Below, piece after piece: positions 47,237 through 56,033 of a stretch of 56,033 nt of DNA; the first letter of the stretch is position 1; each line of letters starts with the position of its first letter. The stretch is from a virus (Duplodnaviria; Caudoviricetes): positions 1 to 56,033 of the IMG/VR virus record IMGVR_UViG_3300031841_003747; one strand, 5' to 3'. The notes below the pieces were generated by a model. That model was not told the origin of the DNA, did not search any database, and saw nothing but the letters and a program-made list of their open reading frames with translations. The translations under genes and the position numbers were made by a program.

Positions 47237-48598
47237 CTACAAACCTAACGCACCAAGTAGTGCATTTTGTTTAGGATTAGCTGGTTTAGAGTCCACGGTA
47301 TTACCTTGCCTAGGTGTTGCGGAAACAGAAGGTGGTTTTGGCTTAGTTTGCGCAACAGGTTGTTGTTGAACAGGTTGTTGCTGAACGGATTGTGATTTTG
47401 TGTAACCCGCCGCTTCCATCTGTTGTTTCTGTTGATTTAGTGCATTATTCACAAGGTTCTGATACCTGATTGCTAGAATCTTCATGATATCATTATCAGA
47501 CCAGGTATAGTACTCCGCTCTTTTGTTTTCTGGCAGAGCATAGTACCGCTCTCTTCTCATGAACAACTTACCATCTTCTTCGGTTTGTCCAGATTGTATA
47601 AAAGATTCCTGCTCTTTTTCTATCCACTGATTTAATTCTTGATGGATAGGATTATTCTCCAGGTCTAGTTGTGTACTAGGGTCTAAGAATATATCAGTTA
47701 GCGCATCACTATAAGTAAGTAACTGTTGAGTAAAGTTCTCAAGTATTTTGTACTCGAATGGGTTTTCTTGCGCAAACTTCTGGATATCCTCCTGTCTGCC
47801 CTCTCCTAGCATCTTTTTATATTCTTCAGGTATGATTGTGTTCTGTGCTACCCTGCGGAAATTAGCTTTTGCTTGCTGGACTTTTGGCTGGACCTCGTAT
47901 CTTTTTAATTGACGCTCTAAGTTTTCAATACGATCTGAGGTCTTTCTGTATGATCGCTTTTCAGCTTCCTCCAGGATCATCTCCCGATATGCTTTATCTT
48001 CATCAGCCCGACTAAAGGCTGGTCGGTTCTTTTTAATGAAATTGGTATAGTCTTCGTCCTGTGATGGATCATAGAAGTCATCCTCTGACATCTTCTTTTC
48101 TATGTAATCCTTACTCTTCTTCAGAAAGGACTTAAATTGACTGGATTTACCTTTGTACTCACCACCCAGTTTTTTATCAGCATAAAGAATTTTTTCGTAC
48201 ACTACTTTTTCTTCAGGAATCAAAGAGTCCATAAACTCTTGATCCTCAGTATCTATGTAGTGATCTTCCGCCTCTTGTTGTTGAAATGCTGGTTGCTTCT
48301 TGACTGCATCAGGAACATCTGGGTCTACTACCTTGCGCAGTTTCTTTTTCTTAGGCTCTTTTTTTTCAGGTTCTACCGCTTCCGGCTTAGCCTCTTCTTG
48401 TACAGCTTCCTGTACAGGTTCTTCCGCATCAACTGCTTCTGATAAATTTCTTATTGGAGCCTTCTGCTCCTCCTCTACTTCTTCCGTTACTTCCTCTGCA
48501 ATATCAAAGAGGGTCTTGTATAATGGATTAGATTGCTCCTCTTGCTTGGGAGCTTCTTCTGTTTCTACTTGTTCAGTTGCGGTTTCTTCTTCGCTCAT
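47237..48598 (-). CDS. Putative capsid scaffolding protein
   Basis: Acidic, helical, low-complexity termini; between portal and capsid genes. Confidence 0.7.
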   Translation of the reverse strand: MSEEETATEQVETEEAPKQEEQSNPLYKTLFDIAEEVTEEVEEEQKAPIRNLSEAVDAEEPVQEAVQEEAKPEAVEPEKKEPKKKKLRKVVDPDVPDAVKKQPAFQQQEAEDHYIDTEDQEFMDSLIPEEKVVYEKILYADKKLGGEYKGKSSQFKSFLKKSKDYIEKKMSEDDFYDPSQDEDYTNFIKKNRPAFSRADEDKAYREMILEEAEKRSYRKTSDRIENLERQLKRYEVQPKVQQAKANFRRVAQNTIIPEEYKKMLGEGRQEDIQKFAQENPFEYKILENFTQQLLTYSDALTDIFLDPSTQLDLENNPIHQELNQWIEKEQESFIQSGQTEEDGKLFMRRERYYALPENKRAEYYTWSDNDIMKILAIRYQNLVNNALNQQKQQMEAAGYTKSQSVQQQPVQQQPVAQTKPKPPSVSATPRQGNTVDSKPANPKQNALLGALGL

Positions 48599-50859
48599 AG
48601 TTGGACTTGTTGTTCAGGTGATGTCATTGCTTGTTGCTCAGGTTGAGAAGGTGCGGGACGGGAACCAGGTTGTCCTTGACCTTGCTGTGCCTGTGCTTCC
48701 TTTTGGACTAAAGCTTCTAGCATCTTGAGAACTTGGGGCCATTGCTCTCTGAGTTGCGCAAGGAATTGCTCATTCCCTACATTTGTTAATTCTTGTGTTT
48801 CATCTGCCTCATCTGTTTCTAACTTGAGGTCGTGCGCTCCCGACATACGGAAGATTTCATTAAACATATTAAATATACGCTCCCTGCCTAGAGATTTTGC
48901 CATATCGGGCACCTGTAATAGTTGCATGAGTAGCTGACCAAGCACCTGGGCAGATTGTGTATCCCTTGCTCTCTCAGCTCCATCTCTAGCACTAAACAGA
49001 TACTCGTAAATAAGGTTTTCTGGTTTTCCAATTACATTCCTCTTGGAAGCCATAGGCTCACCTGATGTCTCTACATCAAATCCAGCTTCTTTGATGATCT
49101 GCTCGGAGTATCTGCCCTTAATTGGTACGATGAAAGTATCTGAGGAACAACTAACTAGATGTTCGTAGATTATTTTCTTCATGGCGGCACGCATATCATC
49201 CACACCCTCAGATATAAATGAGTAGATACTATTAGTAGTATTTGCAATCTCTGCTACTTCAGTTGCAGATATCTCCCGAGGAGCGGGCTGTCCTAACTCT
49301 TGTGGAGAAAGGATCAGCAAACGCTCAACGAGATTCAGTAGTTGGAGGATAGCTTGGATCGATTGATTGATCCCTGCGGATAGTTCTTTCTGTACATCTA
49401 CTACACGAATAAAGTCATTGTTATTGATGCCGAGGTCTGCCGCTTTCTGACCAGAGTAGAATAACGCTTTTGGTTTAGCATAGAAGCTATCGTCCGCTAG
49501 TGCGTTCTTGATATACTCCTTTACATCGTCATCTAGTGCGTCCTGGTCTATGGCAAAGATTTTAAACATACTCATTTTCATCTGCTCTAGCATAGAGTTG
49601 AGTATATTTGTTAATTGGTCTTGGTATGGCATGATTTCGTGAGCGACTGATATATTCGCCATGCGATCATCATTCTCATTTATACCACCATAAACGGCTG
49701 GTAACGATGGGAGGTACTCCGCATATAGTACTGTCTCGTCACTAGCTACGGTTAGCTTGAGCCAAACATCATGTGGGTAATCACCTAGCTTGTCCCGTTT
49801 TGGATTTACCCGCATATACATTTGAGTAACGAACATGCCTTTGTCCTCGTCCTCTGCGGCATACAATCCAGTCTGTGCTACACGCTCGTTCTTAAATGAG
49901 AACATATCTCCGATCCTAGGAAAGGTTACATCATCCTTAAAGTAATACCCAAAGAAGTCTGCATATGTATTATATATAGACGAAAGACTATTGGTAAAAC
50001 TGATCTTGTCTGAGTTCCATGTTGCAGGATTCTTATTGATATCCCCGTACCTCACGATATCCCAGTAACCTATCCACTCGGGGCCTTGGTTATTATTTAC
50101 ATCATGCAAAGGACGAGATATGTCCCTTATCACCCTAGTTGGATGAGGAGTAATAAATTTAACCCCTGCTTTTTCTGCATATGACTCTAAGTCATCCCCT
50201 CCAGTAAGATCATCTTTGGAGTATCTCCATTGTATGTCCTCCGTCCATGCCGTCTCAGGAAATGCAATCGAGTGCCCATACATAAACATGTGCCTAATAA
50301 CCTGTTCAAATTGATGCCTATAGCCAAATTGCTCAGCCATAATCTCAACCCGCTGAGATAAAACATCTGCCCTTAGCTTATCTGTGAGCGAAGTGCTTCT
50401 TGGCTCATACTTGAAGTATGGGAAGAGATTACAGAATCGACTAGCTTGAGCAGCAACACGCCGAGTAACATAAGACCTAATAATATTAACGGAAACTTCA
50501 TATAACCTAAGTGCATTGATGTTCTTTAACTGCCCTTCGTCATCATACTCGCAAAACTTATCTGCCACACCGATATCTTGCAGTTTATCGTGGCAATCCT
50601 CTAAATTGATTTTACCCTGCGCATACTGGAGTAAAGGAATGGTCGACTTATTGATGGGCAATGAATCCCATGCCATATCAACGGACATATATAGCTTAGC
50701 ATGCTCTGCACATGAGCGGATACCCTCGAGTATCCTGGACTGAATCATGTCTTGGAAATGTTGGCGGGTGTAAAAATCCTCTCCTTCCGTAGCAGTGAAT
50801 ATTTCACGGAGCCTATCCTGTGTGCATCCGAACTTCCTAAGTATTTCCTTATTGACCAT
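48595..50859 (-). CDS. Portal protein
   Basis: 754 aa, downstream of terminase; SATEVA motif and Q-rich tail as in podophage portals. Confidence 0.8.
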   Translation of the reverse strand: MVNKEILRKFGCTQDRLREIFTATEGEDFYTRQHFQDMIQSRILEGIRSCAEHAKLYMSVDMAWDSLPINKSTIPLLQYAQGKINLEDCHDKLQDIGVADKFCEYDDEGQLKNINALRLYEVSVNIIRSYVTRRVAAQASRFCNLFPYFKYEPRSTSLTDKLRADVLSQRVEIMAEQFGYRHQFEQVIRHMFMYGHSIAFPETAWTEDIQWRYSKDDLTGGDDLESYAEKAGVKFITPHPTRVIRDISRPLHDVNNNQGPEWIGYWDIVRYGDINKNPATWNSDKISFTNSLSSIYNTYADFFGYYFKDDVTFPRIGDMFSFKNERVAQTGLYAAEDEDKGMFVTQMYMRVNPKRDKLGDYPHDVWLKLTVASDETVLYAEYLPSLPAVYGGINENDDRMANISVAHEIMPYQDQLTNILNSMLEQMKMSMFKIFAIDQDALDDDVKEYIKNALADDSFYAKPKALFYSGQKAADLGINNNDFIRVVDVQKELSAGINQSIQAILQLLNLVERLLILSPQELGQPAPREISATEVAEIANTTNSIYSFISEGVDDMRAAMKKIIYEHLVSCSSDTFIVPIKGRYSEQIIKEAGFDVETSGEPMASKRNVIGKPENLIYEYLFSARDGAERARDTQSAQVLGQLLMQLLQVPDMAKSLGRERIFNMFNEIFRMSGAHDLKLETDEADETQELTNVGNEQFLAQLREQWPQVLKMLEALVQKEAQAQQGQGQPGSRPAPSQPEQQAMTSPEQQVQL

Positions 50860-51214
50860 CGGTAAAATTAAATAAGTTGTCTATTGTATCCTTTGTGTAG
50901 TTATACAGATATCTTCTCTCTATTATCGTAAGAAGTAAGCACAGTGGGCCATCTAATGGTTTTGGTGATGTTATCTTTCTAATGAACTCCGCATGAGGCA
51001 TGAGCAGTAGACTTGCTATCTCCCCGTAATTCATTCTTAAAAAACCACATAGCCTATCTACTCTTTCTTTATTCCATCTTTTCTTAATTCCCAGACGCGC
51101 ATAATGCGCATCCATAATGATCGAAGCAGATGTCGCATGCGTTGAATCACCCGGAAGCTTCTTGAGTTTCGGGCTCTTCCTCGTCTGTATCGTCTTCGTC
51201 CTCGGAGTCTTCAC
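50849..51214 (-). CDS. Small basic protein, possible HTH
   Basis: MNYGEIASLL HTH-like segment; start uncertain (68-nt overlap with the upstream ORF). Confidence 0.55.
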   Translation of the reverse strand: MKTPRTKTIQTRKSPKLKKLPGDSTHATSASIIMDAHYARLGIKKRWNKERVDRLCGFLRMNYGEIASLLLMPHAEFIRKITSPKPLDGPLCLLLTIIERRYLYNYTKDTIDNLFNFTDGQ

Positions 51215-51401
51215 TCTTATTTACGATGCTGATATCTGCGTCACTATCGTCAAAGGAGGCTGTAAATCGCTTGTCGGACAACTCCTTAACCTGAAAGGAG
51301 CCAGAAATGCGAACTACATCTCCTACTTTTACCCCGTCTAGCATCTCCAAAATGTCCGGATACATCTCAAGGTCGAAGTTGGTTATAGAATCCATGTGCA
51401 T
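51147..51401 (-). CDS. Small acidic protein
   Basis: VKVGDVVRISGSFQV beta motif with acidic tail; preceded by the 24-bp motif. Confidence 0.7.
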   Translation of the reverse strand: MHMDSITNFDLEMYPDILEMLDGVKVGDVVRISGSFQVKELSDKRFTASFDDSDADISIVNKSEDSEDEDDTDEEEPETQEASG

Positions 51402-51406
51402 GATAT

Positions 51407-51430
51407 TGTTACATTTGTTTTAGTGTTACA
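51407..51430 (-). promoter_or_regulatory. 24-bp motif
   Basis: Minus strand: TTGACT-ttt-TGTAACACTAAAACAAATGTAACA-atatc-ATG. Confidence 0.75.
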
Positions 51431-51435
51431 AAAAG

Positions 51436-52980
51436 TCAAGAGCCAATATCCATGATTTCTGTCTTTGGCTCAGGTCTATTACCTAAGTGCATGGAGTCGT
51501 AATAAATAATGACATAAGACATCGCATCAAAGGCATGAACATAAACTGATCGCTTAGGTTTAAATGCTATATTGGGGTCGTATGTTTTACCTGGTTTCTC
51601 AGATATTAAGTTCTGAAACATTTTTTTAATATTGGTGCATTGGTATGACACTAAAAGTTCCTCAGATTGTAGTTTGGCTATAGTAAGCCTAACCCGTGCC
51701 TCCACTGACCCGTTAAACTTTGGAGCCGCTCTCATACGAATCGGACTCATATTAAAAGTCTCTGCCTTAGATTTTGATATCTCCTCGATATCTTTTACAT
51801 CATAGGAGCCCGTTTTCGCGCGGAACTGATTAAAAGCAGAGTTATCACTCACATGTATGTAGTTAAATTTGTGCCCGCACTTTCTATTCCAGTATGCCAT
51901 CTTACGCATAACCAATGGAACTAGCGTGGTGTATGGTAGCTTTTTATTTATAGTTACAAACTCATCGAACACCGTCCATATAGTCTTATCTGCACCAGGT
52001 AAGGTTTGCATAAAGATTATGGCATTGTTTACCGAGCCGGGGTCCCATCCTACTACTATAGGGTAATTCTTATTAGGGAGTATGCCCTTCTTATTGTCCC
52101 CACGGATATGCAATGTTTTATTGAAGTAAGGGCCGAATATAGCATTACCCGCTGGGCGGTCGATCCATTCCCCGCGAACCATTCGTGCTTCCTCGATGGG
52201 GTCTGACTTAACTGCCTCCTGAATGCGGTCGTAATACCCCTTTGGGAGGTTATCTATATTGTCCTCAATCTTTACATGATAAACTGCATAGTCCTTATTC
52301 CAGTTTCCATCGTCATCATACGGGTCTTCAAAGAATCTCTTATACACCCAATGGCTCGGACCATCGGGATTGCATGCCGCTAGATACTGTTGCGGGCCGT
52401 GGATACCTTGCCTTCTACCCAACTGCTGAACTACCGCATTGAAGTAATCATCAGTATCCAAGTTGGTAAGCTCGTCTACAAAAATTAAGCTAGGCTCAAA
52501 ACCTTTTATTCGATCCTTGATAAAAGCACCGTAGGGTATGGAAATAAGGCACACTCTTGAGTGTCCACCAAAACGATTCTCGATATCTATATATAGGTTC
52601 TTTTGGGTATCCTGTCTCTCATCTGTGTGAACTAATCCTATACCTTCTACCCACTCGGGTAGTATTTCAACCTGTAGCTTATGCCACACGCCACCCATAG
52701 TCGCCTGTGACCTGACGCCAACTATGATTAAAGCTAGTGCATTAAAGTTTTCGTAGCAATGTCGGACCAGTTTATGACCACCCAAGGAGTATGTTTTTCC
52801 GGAACCTCTCTCCCCATATGCAAGGATGTACTTAGCTGGATCGTCAAAGATTTTTCTCTGCGTGATAGTCAAAGACGGCATCCAAGGCTCGGTATCTTTC
52901 TGATCTAAGGTCTCTTCTTCTGGAGCAAACTTCTCCAGTAGTATCTTATGGTCAACCTTAGTTTTCTTCTTCCTCGGCAT
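51436..52980 (-). CDS. terL: Terminase large subunit
   Basis: GERGSGKT (Walker A), IFVDE (Walker B), ACNP, GWDPG nuclease Asp, HAFDAMSY. Confidence 0.93.
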   Translation of the reverse strand: MPRKKKTKVDHKILLEKFAPEEETLDQKDTEPWMPSLTITQRKIFDDPAKYILAYGERGSGKTYSLGGHKLVRHCYENFNALALIIVGVRSQATMGGVWHKLQVEILPEWVEGIGLVHTDERQDTQKNLYIDIENRFGGHSRVCLISIPYGAFIKDRIKGFEPSLIFVDELTNLDTDDYFNAVVQQLGRRQGIHGPQQYLAACNPDGPSHWVYKRFFEDPYDDDGNWNKDYAVYHVKIEDNIDNLPKGYYDRIQEAVKSDPIEEARMVRGEWIDRPAGNAIFGPYFNKTLHIRGDNKKGILPNKNYPIVVGWDPGSVNNAIIFMQTLPGADKTIWTVFDEFVTINKKLPYTTLVPLVMRKMAYWNRKCGHKFNYIHVSDNSAFNQFRAKTGSYDVKDIEEISKSKAETFNMSPIRMRAAPKFNGSVEARVRLTIAKLQSEELLVSYQCTNIKKMFQNLISEKPGKTYDPNIAFKPKRSVYVHAFDAMSYVIIYYDSMHLGNRPEPKTEIMDIGS

Positions 52981-53629
52981 CCTTTAGTTCCTTTAGTGGT
53001 CGGAAGCCAGGCTTCTTTTTAGTTTCACGCTTATCCTTCTCGTTGGCTAATTTAAGTTGAAACTCTAATCCTTTTAGTAGTCGGTCGTAGAACTTTCCTT
53101 GTTGTTCAGTTGCCTGGAGAAATAGTCTCGTCTGAAGTATCCTTTCTTCGGGGTCCATATCATCTCCGTCAAGTGCATCCTTAAGTGCTTCCGTAACCTC
53201 AAATAAGCTCATATTCTGACGGATATTTACTTTCTGAGTAACACGCAAAGCCTCTGCCATTAGTAAGCCCACGGAGTCATCAAAGTCTTTGAATATCTGT
53301 AGTTTCTCTACATTGTCCTTATTTGAAAGTATACCTTCTAGTTCGTTATTAAAAACATACCTACTGTTTTTATCTAATGCCTCGAGCAGGCGTGATCCTT
53401 TCTCGTCATCAAATTCATGCTGACGCTCCATAAGCTCTATGCCATCTGGCTTCATTTCTTTAACTCCGTTCTTAACCCATATAGAGTAAAGTTGGGGGTC
53501 ATGGTATACCCGCTCCCGTATTTTCTTTGCAGTTGTTCCAAAATGTTCAGCTACCTTTTCGTAGTTCCCGTCATACTCCTTGAGGGCGGCGGCGAGAACA
53601 TCTGTCTTGATTTTATGCGTTCTGGGCAT
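52958..53629 (-). CDS. Putative terminase small subunit
   Basis: N-terminal HTH (ALKEYDGNYEKVAEHFG) and helical region; immediately upstream of terL. Confidence 0.65.
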   Translation of the reverse strand: MPRTHKIKTDVLAAALKEYDGNYEKVAEHFGTTAKKIRERVYHDPQLYSIWVKNGVKEMKPDGIELMERQHEFDDEKGSRLLEALDKNSRYVFNNELEGILSNKDNVEKLQIFKDFDDSVGLLMAEALRVTQKVNIRQNMSLFEVTEALKDALDGDDMDPEERILQTRLFLQATEQQGKFYDRLLKGLEFQLKLANEKDKRETKKKPGFRPLKELKDAEEEEN

Positions 53630-53990
53630 CTTGAAATATTTTAATAAGTGGTAGAAATGTAGTATCCCAGTGGTCGCTCCTTCGTAAGAAAGCGTATGTA
53701 CCTCGGCGTGAGTATGCAGATATCCTGTTTCTATCTAAGTAATTGAATGGGTCGAAGTTGCATCCTTTACAGAATCTCTTCGCATCCCCAATAGTGACAT
53801 CCTCCCATGAGGTCATGCGAGATATCCTTCTTACTCTATCGACAGGCAGATTTGACCTTATAGCTATCTCTTGATCGCTTAAGGCACAGTGCATTCTTTG
53901 ACCTGTTCTCTCCTTGGCGTATAAACGCACAAAGACAGGTGGGTACTTAATTAGAATCTGCCAGGGTGTTTGCTTTCCATTTTTTGGCAT
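53613..53990 (-). CDS. Cro/CI-like HTH protein
   Basis: LSDQEIAIRSNLPVDRVRRIS-x-VTIGDAKRFC. Confidence 0.6.
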   Translation of the reverse strand: MPKNGKQTPWQILIKYPPVFVRLYAKERTGQRMHCALSDQEIAIRSNLPVDRVRRISRMTSWEDVTIGDAKRFCKGCNFDPFNYLDRNRISAYSRRGTYAFLRRSDHWDTTFLPLIKIFQDAQNA

Positions 53991-54180
53991 TGGACATTAG
54001 TTGTTTCATGTCGGGTTTCTTTTGACTGTAGTCCCCGATTATTACTTTTGTTCCGCAACCAGCTCGACGACCAGTTATAATCCAGTCATCGAAGTATTCA
54101 GAAAGCAAAGGCTTAACTCGCTCATAGCAAGACATAGCCTCATCCTGTCTCCAGATGTTTTCTTTTTCCTTATCCTCCAT
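53947..54180 (-). CDS. Hypothetical protein (77 aa)
   Basis: First ORF after the 54211 motif. Confidence 0.6.
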   Translation of the reverse strand: MEDKEKENIWRQDEAMSCYERVKPLLSEYFDDWIITGRRAGCGTKVIIGDYSQKKPDMKQLMSNAKKWKANTLADSN

Positions 54181-54210
54181 GTTTTAGAAAGTAAAAAACT
54201 ATTTTTTAAA

Positions 54211-54245
54211 TGCAACACGAAATTTCGTGTATCGGGGGTGTAACA
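54211..54245 (-). promoter_or_regulatory. 24-bp motif (54211-54234) with perfect inner palindrome, plus an extra TGTAACA (54239-54245)
   Basis: tgcaACACGAAATTTCGTGTatcg, at the head of the packaging operon. Confidence 0.65.
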
Positions 54246-54254
54246 TATTGTTTA

Positions 54255-55271
54255 CTACCCCGCTTGACATATTCCGAAATATTCGGACGCAGATTCCGGA
54301 TCTACTCTATTGTTCTTGTAGTTCTTAAGGAATGTTTCTGATGACATATGCCCCATAATATCAAGTGCGGATTCAAACCCTAGGTGCCAATATCCATAGC
54401 TTGCGAAAGAGTGCCTTGCCCCATTTGGTGGATATTCAAACCCCAACCTCTTAGCGGCTCTATATCTAGCTTTATTTACTGAGTTATAGCTAGGCATTAT
54501 ATTAATTGGTTTCTTGGGCAACCAGCTCCATAGGTTATCGGGTGGCTTGATCCACCTCTCCCTGCCCGTCTTTGTAAGTTCTGCTTTTAGTCCGATAGAT
54601 TTACCCCAGCGGATCCTTGAGTAATCCAGGGTAAGCATCTCGACTTCCGGCCTGATCCCCGCAAAAAGCATAAGGGCGAGTGCAGGACGGTATTTGTCCG
54701 TTATCTCATTTAGTAAGCCTTCTGCCTGTTTAGGTGTGACTATTTCTGGGAGCTTAAAATAGGTCTTTTTCTTGGTCAGCTTTAGATCGGGATTAGTTTG
54801 TGCATACCAGTCCGTAACTTTACCTCCAAGGTTTTGCTTAGCACACCATGCCATGAAAGTTCTTACAGCCCGACTATACCCAGCTTTTGTTTCCTCTGAC
54901 CACCTCCCAGAGTTCACATATTTCTTGTAGTCCTCTACCGTTACCTCATGAACTGCTCGACCCTCCCCAAACCAAGTAGTGAATTTATTTACCCTCTCAA
55001 CGGTGGTTCTGTATCCCTTTTGCTTTGGCTTATTTGGATTGTAGTTATTATTTAAGTAATCTTGGTAATATAAATCCTTGGCTATATATAATAGTGTTTC
55101 TTCACCAACGGGTTCTTTTTTCTTAATTTCCGTGAACCACTCCAAAGGATTAAATGTTTTAGCCTCCATTGCAGAATTAAAAAATTTTCGCTTTCTTTTT
55201 CCTTCATGGAGCATATCCACCACCCATTTCTTTTTACCTCTTACTTTATGCTCCTTAATGCTTACCTTCAT
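54255..55271 (-). CDS. int: Phage integrase (tyrosine recombinase B)
   Basis: AGIRPE (R), K, NGARHS, MGH, KNY (Y); arm-binding N-terminus; adjacent to a tRNA-derived att core. Confidence 0.9.
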   Translation of the reverse strand: MKVSIKEHKVRGKKKWVVDMLHEGKRKRKFFNSAMEAKTFNPLEWFTEIKKKEPVGEETLLYIAKDLYYQDYLNNNYNPNKPKQKGYRTTVERVNKFTTWFGEGRAVHEVTVEDYKKYVNSGRWSEETKAGYSRAVRTFMAWCAKQNLGGKVTDWYAQTNPDLKLTKKKTYFKLPEIVTPKQAEGLLNEITDKYRPALALMLFAGIRPEVEMLTLDYSRIRWGKSIGLKAELTKTGRERWIKPPDNLWSWLPKKPINIMPSYNSVNKARYRAAKRLGFEYPPNGARHSFASYGYWHLGFESALDIMGHMSSETFLKNYKNNRVDPESASEYFGICQAG

Positions 55272-55293
55272 GTTGACAAAACTGTTGACAAAA
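55271..55293 (+). repeat. Putative integrase arm-type sites (TGTTGACAAAA x2)
   Basis: Copies at 55271-55281 and 55283-55293; similar pair on the other side of the core. Confidence 0.65.
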
Positions 55294-55337
55294 AAACCAT
55301 GAATTAGTGGGTATTTATGAAACTTAGTGAAGTAAAC

Positions 55338-55367
55338 AAAAAAACACCCCCCATTTCTGAGAGGTGC
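55338..55367 (-). terminator. Rho-independent terminator downstream of the tRNA 3' fragment
   Basis: Minus strand: GCACCTCTC-AGAAAT-GGGGGGTGT followed by a T run. Confidence 0.65.
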
Positions 55368-55397
55368 TTATTTACTGAGATTGACGCTATTTTAAAG

Positions 55398-55449
55398 TGG
55401 TCGGGACGGTGAGATTCGAACTCACGGCCTCCTGCTCCCAAAGCAAGTG
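55398..55449 (-). other. attP core: 3' half of tRNA-Pro(TGG)
   Basis: Minus strand: CTTGC-TTTGGGA-GCAGG anticodon arm, GTGAG-TTCGAAT-CTCAC T-arm, CGTCCCG-A-CCA; no D-arm or correctly placed 5' acceptor strand upstream. Confidence 0.88.
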
Positions 55450-55473
55450 ACTTGTCCCGCCAATACTACGATT

Positions 55474-55872
55474 CTAGTCCTTGTTGACAATCTGTTGCCA
55501 TTTGCCGTCTTTCCATGTCCACCCGAGCGCAGTTAGTTTTTTAGCATAACTTTTGCTTTGTTTTTCTAACTTAATGATTCTTGCTGAGAATCTATCTTCT
55601 GCAGTGTCCATGGTTGATGCTATTTGCTCTTTGTTAGTTGCAAGCCAAGATCCGACATAAACCCCCCATGCAAGTGCAATAATCGCTAGAAATGTAGCCA
55701 TCACTGCAAGGGTTTTAATGACCGTAGTCATTCTGTCGATCTTGAGAGCTAGATCATGAATATCGTTTAGTTTTCTTCCATCCACTCTAATCTCGCCAAT
55801 CTTACCCTCCAATTCGGTCTTCCACTCTTTTGAGTCGTGTAATACAGTTATTGTTGAAGGGGCTGATTTCAT
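55474..55872 (-). CDS. Single-pass membrane coiled-coil protein
   Basis: TLAVMATFLAIIALAWGVYVG hydrophobic helix. Confidence 0.65.
   Translation of the reverse strand: MKSAPSTITVLHDSKEWKTELEGKIGEIRVDGRKLNDIHDLALKIDRMTTVIKTLAVMATFLAIIALAWGVYVGSWLATNKEQIASTMDTAEDRFSARIIKLEKQSKSYAKKLTALGWTWKDGKWQQIVNKD
55482..55500 (+). repeat. Putative integrase arm-type sites (TGTTGACAA / TGTTGCCA)
   Basis: Same motif as 55271-55293, on the opposite flank of the core. Confidence 0.55.
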
Positions 55873-55873
55873 T

Positions 55874-56032
55874 TTATTTTTCCTTTCTAATTAGGTTCAC
55901 TGTGAATTTGTCAATTTGGTACGGATCCTGGTCGGTTAATTCCTGTCCGTACAAGTGGGCAATGTACCATTCAACCGCGTATGTTATGAAGGTAGTACTC
56001 GGTTTTCCGGATTTGTCTAAAACTGCGTACAT
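55874..56032 (-). CDS. Short or edge-truncated hypothetical protein
   Basis: Open frame MYAVLDKSGKPSTT...RKEK ending 1 nt before the next ATG. Confidence 0.4.
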   Translation of the reverse strand: MYAVLDKSGKPSTTFITYAVEWYIAHLYGQELTDQDPYQIDKFTVNLIRKEK

Positions 56033-56033
56033 T

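Larger units (their letters stand above)
1..56033. mobile_element. Temperate podovirus-like bacteriophage genome (partial; appears to be in the unintegrated attP configuration)
   Basis: Terminase-portal-scaffold-capsid-tail-ejection gene order, no tape-measure or sheath gene, integrase beside a tRNA 3' fragment, dense overlapping ORFs in two convergent arms, no host genes. Confidence 0.93.

Noticed and set aside
12282-54243. Many + strand ORFs of 60-220 aa in the ORF track (e.g. 15055-15600, 19537-20034, 21430-22089, 26319-26873, 39000-39500)
   Set aside because: Antisense shadows of long minus-strand genes, Ser/Leu-rich and without motifs
55398-55475. Functional phage tRNA-Pro gene
   Set aside because: No D-arm; the upstream CGGGAC is only about 6 nt from the anticodon stem, too close to be the acceptor 5' strand. 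Treated as the att core.

Overview
The whole window looks like part of one temperate, podovirus-like (short-tailed) bacteriophage genome; no host housekeeping genes are visible. The left arm (1-10131, + strand) holds early/accessory genes: a PRTRC-type ubiquitin-like E2 + E1(ThiF) pair, small acidic proteins, a minimal UDG-fold protein, a SNF2 helicase, a TGT/DpdA-like transglycosylase and a tyrosine recombinase. The right arm (- strand, read from 56033 leftwards) holds an attP site (3' half of tRNA-Pro(TGG), arm-type repeats, terminator), an integrase, terminase, portal, scaffold, major capsid, tail/receptor-binding proteins (SGNH acetylesterase, collagen + S74 chaperone), ejection proteins, a 3751-aa polyvalent protein, a metallophosphoesterase and an HNH protein. 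Main observations: (1) a 24-bp quasi-palindrome (TGTAACACGA-N4-TCGTGTTACA-like) at eight gene starts; (2) in-frame DNA repeats encoding IQASALDPQFQ that bracket apparently swappable domains, one a kinase, beside a zincin peptidase in the giant protein; (3) phage-borne E1-E2 machinery; (4) strong GCWGC avoidance. All assignments come from motifs and synteny read by eye; no searches were run.
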